DNA of 64,000 nucleotides from Chitinivibrionales bacterium (GTDB lineage: Bacteria; Fibrobacterota; Chitinivibrionia; Chitinivibrionales; WJKA01). Positions 17,424 through 25,488 of this stretch are shown here, one piece after another. The stretch lies in NCBI GenBank assembly GCA_038247415.1, contig JBBRUX010000011.1:10-64009 (forward strand), in the 5' to 3' direction. Numbering within the stretch: the stretch's first letter is position 1; every line of letters begins with the position of its first letter. Below the pieces are notes generated by a model. It was not told the origin of the DNA. It saw nothing but the letters and a program-made list of their open reading frames with translations, and searched no databases. The position numbers were made by a program, and so were the translations under genes.

Positions 17424-19838
17424 ATGAAATCCAACAAGCCAACAGATTTTATCTATGCCGATGCCCGTGAGCAATATGCAGCATGGAATGTCGATACCGA
17501 AAAAGCGATAGCTCAAACTCTGGCTACTCCCCTTTCTCTCCATTGTTGGCAAGGCGATGACGTAACCGGTTTCGAAAATGCATCGGGAATCAGCGATGGC
17601 GGAATCATGGCAACCGGAAATTATCCGTATAAGGCGCAAACCCCCAACCAGTTACGGTCTGATATCCAAAAGGCTCTCTCACTTATTGGGGGATCTCATC
17701 GCGTCAACCTTCATGCCATTTATGCAGAGATAGGGTCTAAAAAAGTAGACAGATGCGATTTAGCTCCGGAACATTTTTCCACGTGGGTTTCTTGGGCAAA
17801 AGAGCTCGGTGTGGCGCTCGATTTTAATCCATCGTATTTTTCGCACCCTCATGCAGCATCCGGTTTTACTCTGAGCCATCGCGATGCAGCAATTCGACGC
17901 TACTGGATCGATCATGGTATCGCGTGTAGAAAAATTGCCGAATCGTTTGGGAAAAAGCTCAAAAGTCCCTGTATCACCAATTTCTGGATTCCTGATGGCT
18001 ACAAAGATCTCCCTTCCGACCGTATCGGACCACGAGAACGCCTCATAGAATCTCTCGATGCGATTTTTGCAGAACCCATTAACAAACGCTACAACCGAGA
18101 TGCTGTCGAATGCAAACTCTTTGGCATCGGATCCGAGTCCTATGTAACTGGCTCACACGAATTTTATATGGGATACTCTCTCGCCCGGGGCATCATTCCA
18201 ACCCTCGATGCAGGACACTTTCATCCTACCGAAACTATAGCGGATAAAATTTCATCGATCATGCTATATAGCCACGAGCTTCTTTTGCACGTTAGCCGCG
18301 GAATCCGTTGGGACAGCGATCATATTGTAATCACGACCGACGACCTCATTGCTACTGCGCGTGAAATTGTTCAGTCCGAACGCCTTGGAGAAATCCATAT
18401 TAGCCTCGATTATTTTGATGCTTCAATTAATCGCATTGCAGCGTGGGTGATCGGTATGCGATCTATGCAAAAAGCACTCCTCATGGCGCATCTCGAACCG
18501 TCAGCACTCCTTAACGGCGCCGAAAACTCAGGAGATCATACAACCCGTCTTGCCCTTTTCGAAGAGCGCAATTCGCGGCCCTTCGCAGCAATCTGGAATG
18601 AATTTTGTTCCCGCGCAAATGTCCCAACGGGAAATGATTGGCTTGCAGATGTTCACCAGTACGAGGCAACCGTTTTAAGCAAACGTTCCACCGTGTTGGT
18701 TGCTAAAGATACCGCACTTAACGATCTCATGTTCATCTCCCATGTTCTGGGACGCAACGAAATGTACGTTCAAGCGGGGGGCGGCAACACATCGGTCAAA
18801 TGTGCCGATGGCACATCTATGTTGATTAAAGCGAGTGGAACACCTTTGGGCGAAATGAGCGAAACGCAAGGGTGGGTAAAAGTAGATCTAGCTAAGGTAA
18901 CATCTCTTTTTAATCAACCACACATCATGAAACTTTCCGCTGCAAAACGCGAACAAAAAGTTCTTGCCGTTTTGGGTGAGAGTATCATCGAACCTCTCAA
19001 TGCCCGACCTTCGGTAGAAACACCCCTTCACGCTTTGCTTGGCACAGTGATAATGCATAGCCATCCGGTTATTGCAAACGCGCTCACCTGCCATCCCGAT
19101 GGTAAGAATATCCTAGCCTCGCTCGAGCTTAACCCCAAAAACCCAGCGCTCTGGGTCCCCTATACAGATCCAGGTTCTTCCCTTGCCTATTCGCTCTTTG
19201 ATGCACTTGCTCTCCACACACACAATTATGGAGTTTCTCCGACAGCCATATTCCTTCAGAATCATGGATTTTTTTGTGTTGGGGAAACATCAACCGAATG
19301 CGTAGAACTTCACCTTCTCTGGATGAACACTCTTGAATCCCACCTCAGAACACACGCACATTCCGCAGACATACAAGAAGCCGATTTGGCAGCACTTCGA
19401 AAAAGTATTAAACAGGCGGCACGAGCTTTAAAAAAACCTACGCCCCGCATTCGGGTGTCCTGTGATCCAACCCTTGCAAGTGCACTCGGTTCAGATCTCA
19501 TTAACGTCTTTAAGGGTTCTCTAACTCCCGACCATGTTGTATACATGGGTCCCCATGCAATTTTTATCCCTTCTGGTTGCCATCCGCGTGCTCTTGAGGA
19601 AGCTTGCATAGTATATACCAATAAGAACAATCAATTCCCGCGCGTTTTTGTGCTCGAAAAACAAGCAATAGCTTTTGCTGGTGATTCAGAGAAAAAGCTC
19701 GACGCTACCGAAGCATTAGCCGTCTCGGCAGTACGTACGGCTCTGGCGAGTGGGAATACGTACCGGCATATGCCAAAAAGGGATATCGATTTTATCCTCA
19801 ACTGGGAAGCGGAACACTATCGCGCAAAGCAATGTTGA
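17424..19838 (+). CDS. rhaA: L-rhamnose isomerase fused to a C-terminal class II aldolase domain
   Basis: RhaA motifs SLHCWQGDDV, ATGNYP, NFWIPDG, VECKLFGIGSESY, LDAGHFHPTE, HVSRGIRWDSDH. After ~aa 425: GGGNTSVK, IKASG, RPSVET.LH, HSHP, LQNHG, FILNWEAEHYR. Confidence 0.9.
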   Translation: MKSNKPTDFIYADAREQYAAWNVDTEKAIAQTLATPLSLHCWQGDDVTGFENASGISDGGIMATGNYPYKAQTPNQLRSDIQKALSLIGGSHRVNLHAIYAEIGSKKVDRCDLAPEHFSTWVSWAKELGVALDFNPSYFSHPHAASGFTLSHRDAAIRRYWIDHGIACRKIAESFGKKLKSPCITNFWIPDGYKDLPSDRIGPRERLIESLDAIFAEPINKRYNRDAVECKLFGIGSESYVTGSHEFYMGYSLARGIIPTLDAGHFHPTETIADKISSIMLYSHELLLHVSRGIRWDSDHIVITTDDLIATAREIVQSERLGEIHISLDYFDASINRIAAWVIGMRSMQKALLMAHLEPSALLNGAENSGDHTTRLALFEERNSRPFAAIWNEFCSRANVPTGNDWLADVHQYEATVLSKRSTVLVAKDTALNDLMFISHVLGRNEMYVQAGGGNTSVKCADGTSMLIKASGTPLGEMSETQGWVKVDLAKVTSLFNQPHIMKLSAAKREQKVLAVLGESIIEPLNARPSVETPLHALLGTVIMHSHPVIANALTCHPDGKNILASLELNPKNPALWVPYTDPGSSLAYSLFDALALHTHNYGVSPTAIFLQNHGFFCVGETSTECVELHLLWMNTLESHLRTHAHSADIQEADLAALRKSIKQAARALKKPTPRIRVSCDPTLASALGSDLINVFKGSLTPDHVVYMGPHAIFIPSGCHPRALEEACIVYTNKNNQFPRVFVLEKQAIAFAGDSEKKLDATEALAVSAVRTALASGNTYRHMPKRDIDFILNWEAEHYRAKQC

Positions 19839-19872
19839 TGGATCTATCGGGCCTATTGTATAATTACTATAT

Positions 19873-21798
19873 ATGAAACGAGACGCTATCGCGCTCGTGG
19901 TGCAACCGTATAAAAATCCGCTTGTACCACGAGTCGAACTTAAAAACTATATCGATCTTTTTGTCACGTCACTCTGTGATTTGATTATTAAGCATCCGTC
20001 GTTACGCCTTAACCTGGTGCTTTCGGGGGTACATCTAGAACTTCTCGACCCGCATCTTTCGCTCAAATTACGAGATTTGGTAAAAAATTGGCGACTAGAA
20101 ATTTTAAGCCCTGGATACACCGAAGTTTTTGCCAGCTTTTCTTCCCGATGGATTTTTTCCGAAAATCTTACTCTTGGCCAAACTATTTTTTTGGAAAAGC
20201 TAGGCACAAAACCTTCGGGGTATGCAGCGCCATTTTCAAACTGGGAACCTTCCTATCTCGATATAATTACCACGTCTGGATTTTCGTATGTAACACTATC
20301 GCGATCGCTCTTTCCACCCCGCACAAGAACTGCCTGCGGCTATTGGTCCACCGAACATGCCGGATCATCTCTTTTTATTGTGCCTCAAATCGTTATTCCA
20401 GCAATGCATGTACCCATCGACCTGCTTACAGAACTAGAAACTGCTCTCGCAAGCGATCAAAGCAGTATACCTCCTGGAATTGCGCAATGCCTCTGCATAA
20501 GCTATTTAACCCCGCTCCTGTTGCAAACAGAAACTTCGCTTGCATGGCTTGCGGCAGCAGCAACGGCTTTGGAGCTTAACGCGCTTGCCTATCAGACCAT
20601 TTGTATGTCGGAATACTTTGGCATGACGTCCCCCCTCTCTTTACAATATATTCCACCAAGTTTATTTACAAAACGCGAAGATGTGCGTACAGTCCCCTAT
20701 TTTCTCAATTATTTGCACACCTACGATCAAATTGGCATCATGCAACGAAAAATGATTGAGCTCACCGAACAGTGTACGGCTCTTCCCGAATCTGCCTTTA
20801 AATCTGGCATTAAAAAACAGCTCTGTCAACTCCACGATATTAATCGGTACCTTCCCCATAAAGAACGGGGATTTATCGAGCCATCCGATAGACACGCATG
20901 CTTTTCTCAGATGATCGCTATCGAAAAAGCCCTTTACGAATCGATACACCCAAAAGGCGGGCAAATCCGCATTGCCGATTTTATGCGCAATGGCACCAAA
21001 TGCATCATCATGGAAAATCGTTCTTGTAAAGCATATCTCGATCATAAAAATGGTGGTCAGCTTTTTGCTCTCGACTATCGTCACCGTACTGTAAACGTAG
21101 CAGCCGCCTATTCGGGGCAACGTCACGACTTACCTGCGATAACTGCTGCAGGCATCTCAAAAACAATGTTTATCGATCACATGCTCGATTCTTTGGCTAA
21201 TCATGCCGAATTTGTATCCGGCGAAAACAGTGAACGCGGTGATTTTGTTGCAAACCCATTTTCTTATACCGTTAAGAAAACCCCCGAAGGAGTAAAATTG
21301 CTCCTTTCGCGCAATGGGAGTGTACTGGTTTCCGACAAGACACTTCCTGTGTTTATGGAAAAAGTTTTTGGACTCGATGGCGATGGGGCAGTTATGTCTT
21401 TTGCCTACAAACTTTCTACCCACTCACTTATGCCTATCGAATTTCTTTTGGCTATCGAACTCAATTTTTTTGTTCCCGGAGCCCTTTACAACAAGGCCTT
21501 TTTTGCAGAAGGGCGCGCCCACAAAACCGACCTTTCTAAAGCATGTATCCAAAGCCATTCATGCACAAAATTTGCGCTCGAAGATCATGTGTTTGGGTAT
21601 ACAATAGGGATACACTCCCAAAAACCGGTGACAGTCTGGTGTTACCCACTGGGTCACACAAAACAAGAACAATACCAAGGAACAGCAGTTGTACTTACTA
21701 CGCTTGTTCACCTTGATGCTACTACCCCATTCTCGCTACCGGGCAAAATAAAAATTCGCAAAACGAGGCGGCTGGAGAAAATTCCCGATGCGATCTGA
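19873..21798 (+). CDS. GH57-like (4-alpha-glucanotransferase architecture) protein with DUF1926-like C-terminus, probably catalytically inactive
   Basis: LNLVLSG, LEILSPGYTE, LGTKPSG...WEP, GYWSTEHAG and C-terminal GGQLFALDYR...FIDH...GDFV match the GH57 layout. Canonical catalytic motifs are degenerate. Confidence 0.7.
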   Translation: MKRDAIALVVQPYKNPLVPRVELKNYIDLFVTSLCDLIIKHPSLRLNLVLSGVHLELLDPHLSLKLRDLVKNWRLEILSPGYTEVFASFSSRWIFSENLTLGQTIFLEKLGTKPSGYAAPFSNWEPSYLDIITTSGFSYVTLSRSLFPPRTRTACGYWSTEHAGSSLFIVPQIVIPAMHVPIDLLTELETALASDQSSIPPGIAQCLCISYLTPLLLQTETSLAWLAAAATALELNALAYQTICMSEYFGMTSPLSLQYIPPSLFTKREDVRTVPYFLNYLHTYDQIGIMQRKMIELTEQCTALPESAFKSGIKKQLCQLHDINRYLPHKERGFIEPSDRHACFSQMIAIEKALYESIHPKGGQIRIADFMRNGTKCIIMENRSCKAYLDHKNGGQLFALDYRHRTVNVAAAYSGQRHDLPAITAAGISKTMFIDHMLDSLANHAEFVSGENSERGDFVANPFSYTVKKTPEGVKLLLSRNGSVLVSDKTLPVFMEKVFGLDGDGAVMSFAYKLSTHSLMPIEFLLAIELNFFVPGALYNKAFFAEGRAHKTDLSKACIQSHSCTKFALEDHVFGYTIGIHSQKPVTVWCYPLGHTKQEQYQGTAVVLTTLVHLDATTPFSLPGKIKIRKTRRLEKIPDAI

Positions 21799-22411
21799 TG
21801 CCCTTGATATCACCATCGAAAGCCGGCACGACGCATTGTGGATCTCACTTGCTGGCCCTTTCCATAATGAACAGGGCCCTAATATTCGGGAAAAAATCGA
21901 GGGGCTTCTCTCCGATGGGGCTCGCGAATTTATTCTTAACTTACAAGGTGTTACCGAAGTCGACAGCACGATTGTGGAAACTATTTTAAAGGTACTCAAT
22001 ACCGTTCGCAGTAAGCATGGCGAACTGCGCCTTGTCTTTCGCAACGAGGCAGTAACAAAAGCATTTAGCCCCTACCGACATCTTTTTCTTATCTATCCCG
22101 ACAGTCAATCGGTTGAAGGTGGTGGAGTGTTTGGAGCCCTGAGGCGCCAGAGCCGGACTCTTTTTCGTAAAACAGGCATTCGAATCTCCCGACCTGTCGC
22201 CTTGTTTCTTTTGTTCGCCCTCTGTGGTTGGTTCTTATCGCTTCTTTTTATCATCCATCTGCAAAACAAACGTATTTCCGAACAGTCAACACTACTTCAC
22301 ACGCTTTCACAAGACCAGATAAACCTCGATGCCGAGGTTACAGCATTACGAGAACGGGTTCGACCACTAGAGCAGCTCGGTTTAATACTCCCCGACTCAT
22401 CCCGGAATTAG
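21788..22411 (+). CDS. STAS (anti-sigma antagonist-like) domain + TM helix + coiled coil
   Basis: ISLAGPF...FILNLQGVTEVDST...GELRL STAS pattern; hydrophobic VALFLLFALCGWFLSLLFII; heptad C-terminus. Confidence 0.75.
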   Translation: MRSDALDITIESRHDALWISLAGPFHNEQGPNIREKIEGLLSDGAREFILNLQGVTEVDSTIVETILKVLNTVRSKHGELRLVFRNEAVTKAFSPYRHLFLIYPDSQSVEGGGVFGALRRQSRTLFRKTGIRISRPVALFLLFALCGWFLSLLFIIHLQNKRISEQSTLLHTLSQDQINLDAEVTALRERVRPLEQLGLILPDSSRN

Positions 22412-22415
22412 CGCT

Positions 22416-23150
22416 ATGAAACGCACCTTTCATCGAATACTACGCGGTGCAATTGTTCACGGGGGGCAAATCTGGATCTCCGAGCTCTTCACCTACCTCA
22501 TTGTTGGAAGTGTCATTCTCACCTTTTTTATACTCAGCGGCCTCGTAATCGTGCAAGAAAATCGCATTCGTAACAACGATGCATGCGCACTCGTTTATCG
22601 CCAATCAACGGCGCTATTGTCAAGACAGCACACCGAATTACTCGATTTATATCGCATCATGAATGCCATTACTCTTGCCGCTCCCAAAAAACTCGACCCT
22701 CAATTTCTTTGTTCTCTCGCAGAACTAGTGTACGAAAACAGCAAAACCTACGGGTACGATCCGCTCCTTGTTTTGGCAGTTATTGAAGTTGAAAGCGTAT
22801 TTAAAAACAATGCGCTAGGGCGCTTTAAAAGCGGCGCTGTTTCAGGAGCCATGGGCCTCATGCAAATCCAAATGCAAACAGCGTTTGAAATTGCAACCGA
22901 TCTTGACATTCCACTAAAAGACAGCTCTGATATTCTTAAACCCGAAATAAACGTAGCATTAGGGGTAGCATACCTCACGCGTGAAATTGCTCAATTTAAA
23001 AGTTTTAAGCTTGGACTTTTGGCCTATAATCAAGGGCCTGCAACTATTCGCACCTCGCTCTCAACAAACACTCCCTTATCGGTTGACTACTACAACAAAG
23101 TGCTTAAGCGCTATTACCGGCTTAAAAAACAAGTTGACACATTAGGATAG
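22416..23150 (+). CDS. Membrane-anchored lytic transglycosylase (SLT domain)
   Basis: DPLLVLAVIEVES (catalytic Glu), GAMGLMQI, NVALGVAYL, LLAYNQG; N-terminal TM segment. Confidence 0.9.
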   Translation: MKRTFHRILRGAIVHGGQIWISELFTYLIVGSVILTFFILSGLVIVQENRIRNNDACALVYRQSTALLSRQHTELLDLYRIMNAITLAAPKKLDPQFLCSLAELVYENSKTYGYDPLLVLAVIEVESVFKNNALGRFKSGAVSGAMGLMQIQMQTAFEIATDLDIPLKDSSDILKPEINVALGVAYLTREIAQFKSFKLGLLAYNQGPATIRTSLSTNTPLSVDYYNKVLKRYYRLKKQVDTLG

Positions 23151-23360
23151 TTGAAGAAATAACTGAAAGGCAAGAAATGCAAAGGCTATTTTAAGCATGA
23201 AAGTATTTAAATTTTAAATTTAAAAAAGATCTGGCTATTGAAGCACAAGAAATCTTCATTCGATGGTTGAAAATAGTGCTGCTAATTTACGATGTTGCAA
23301 AGGATCGCACCTAAGAAGAGAAGAAGTATAAATTGAGATACGTAGCATGAAAGGGTTACC

Positions 23361-24153
23361 GTGAATAATAAAAAATCCGAAATAACTGGAATTGCCTTTG
23401 ATAAACTGTTTGCGCTGTTTGAACTAACTCAAACCGCAGCGCAAGTACAAGCTGCCCGATCAGTGGATCGTGCTCTTGTAGTACGCAACTGGCTATTTGG
23501 TTGGTACATCGTAGAGTTTGAAAACGGCGGCGCTGAACGAGCTGAACTTTATGGAAAAAAACTACTTCCGCAGATTTCTGCCGAGCTTAAAAAAAACGGC
23601 TTAACTGGTGTTTCACTCACAAGTTTAAAGCAATTCAGACTCTTTTACCAAACCTACAAGGAGATTGGGCAGGCAATGCCTGGCCAATCTCTTTGGCCCA
23701 CATTTGAAAACATTAGTCAGGCATCGCCTGACCAATCGGGAACAATCTTACCAGAGCCTACAACTTTGCAATCAGTAAATTCTAAAATAGGCAGTCACTT
23801 TGCAATTGGTTGGACTCATTATGTAACCCTTCTTACGATAAAAAATGAAGCGGCACGTCGGTTTTATAAGATTGAAACCGCAACAAATGGATGGGGCTAC
23901 CGTGAATTGGAAAGACAAGTTAATTGTGAATTTTTTTGACCGATACGTAAAAACAAAGGATGAAAAACCAACAATAGGAATTCTACTATGCCTTAGTAAA
24001 AGTGATGAATTGGTTGAATTAACGTTACCCGAAAATTCCAATATCTATGCCTCAGAGTATCAGCTCTACTTGCCATCAAAAGAAGAACTTATAAGGCAAT
24101 TGGAAGAGGCGCAATCTGAGTGGAAGGTTCAACATGGTGACAGTGATAAATGA
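23361..24153 (+). pseudogene. YhcG/DUF1016 PDDEXK-family nuclease pseudogene (central deletion plus frame break)
   Basis: N-part RNWLFGWYIVEFE.GGAERAELYG, WTHYVTLL, W.YRELERQ. C-part in another frame: VNFFDRYVKT.DEKPTIGILLC...IYASEYQLYLP. The nuclease core between them is missing (junction ~23925). Confidence 0.85.
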
Positions 24154-24351
24154 AATAGTGTACACCCGGCAAAATTACAAGTGTTGTTGATTCTAAAATT
24201 GGGCAACAAGCCGTTGCCTAAATACATTGTAATCATAGCCTACTGAATTATAAAAAAAGTTGTATACCGATTAACTATCAAGATCAAGAAGCAGAGATTC
24301 TCACAACGTGCACTATCTTCGATAAAACCGTTTACCCATAAGATATATAGT

Positions 24352-25380
24352 ATGAAACCCTCACAAAAAAAACAATCCCCATCGCCCTCTGCGGAGCATG
24401 CCCTTCTCACATCGCTTAAACCATATCTTAATTATGCTCCATCGTCCCGATACCCTATTCCCATTGGCGATGATGCTGCTATCAGGGTTTGCACTTCTGG
24501 GGAAAAGCTTATTTTCACAACCGACACGCACATAGAAAACACTCATTTTTCTAAAGCATATATGTCGCTTGACACAATTGGCTATAGAGCAATGATGGTG
24601 AACCTAAGCGACTGCGCTGCAATGGGTGCAGCCCCAGATGGAGCCCTCATTTCGTTAACGCTTGGCAAAACCGATAGAGATTCTCATTCGTCTATCAAGG
24701 AAATTTACAAAGGGATATATAGAGCCTGCACAGAGTTTAACGTCTCCATTATTGGCGGGGATATTTCCCAAGGGCCTGTGCTTGCTCTCTGTATCACCAT
24801 GATTGGGCGCATAGCACCTGGCCACAATGCCTTGCTACGCACCGGGGCCAAAGCAACGGATAATCTATGGGTAAGCGGACAACCGGGTACGAGTGCTGCT
24901 GGATTTGATGCGCTAACTCGTCTTGGGCGCACGGTGGCAAAAAAACGTTTTCCATCTCTGGTTGCCAAGCATTGTACACCAGCTCCACGTGTGGCCCTCG
25001 GCTGCGCGCTTTCACAATCGAGTCTTGTTCATTCTATGATAGATATTTCGGATGGCATCTCTAAAGAATGTTCAACGCTTGCCCACGAGAATACTATGGG
25101 TATTATTCTCGATGCAGGCTCACTTTCAATTTCGGCACCTATGCGTCGGCTTGGAGATGCGCTTACCGCAGATCCGCTCCAATGGTATTTACACGGTGGC
25201 GAAGAATACGAGCTCCTCTTTGCAGCATCACCAACATTTATTCCCAGTGCAAAGCTGCGCTCCTTGGTGCCACTTACAAAAATTGGCTCTTTTTCGAATA
25301 AAAGTGTAGGTGTAACGCTCCGATTTCCAGATGGTACCACTCATCCACTCCCTAATCGCTCTTTCGACCACCTTTCATAA
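24352..25380 (+). CDS. thiL: Thiamine-monophosphate kinase
   Basis: IGDDAA, TTDTHIENTHF, NLSDCAAMGA, IIGGD, MIDISDG, GGEEYELLF. Confidence 0.93.
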   Translation: MKPSQKKQSPSPSAEHALLTSLKPYLNYAPSSRYPIPIGDDAAIRVCTSGEKLIFTTDTHIENTHFSKAYMSLDTIGYRAMMVNLSDCAAMGAAPDGALISLTLGKTDRDSHSSIKEIYKGIYRACTEFNVSIIGGDISQGPVLALCITMIGRIAPGHNALLRTGAKATDNLWVSGQPGTSAAGFDALTRLGRTVAKKRFPSLVAKHCTPAPRVALGCALSQSSLVHSMIDISDGISKECSTLAHENTMGIILDAGSLSISAPMRRLGDALTADPLQWYLHGGEEYELLFAASPTFIPSAKLRSLVPLTKIGSFSNKSVGVTLRFPDGTTHPLPNRSFDHLS

Positions 25381-25488
25381 TTCATCGGAAACCCGGGAGT
25401 TATTTTTTTATGCTTACATGGTATACTATATTATTATGCTTAGAGTCATCATTGTTTTTGGTAAGCCCTATGTGGAGAATCATTTGAT

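Noticed and set aside
23845-24153. Programmed frameshift joining the two YhcG ORFs at the T-run
   Set aside because: Even if rejoined, the nuclease core is absent, so a deletion junction is the simpler explanation.
24150-24351. TPP riboswitch upstream of thiL
   Set aside because: No CTGAGA core or matching stem pattern seen; the hairpin present is better explained as a YhcG relic.
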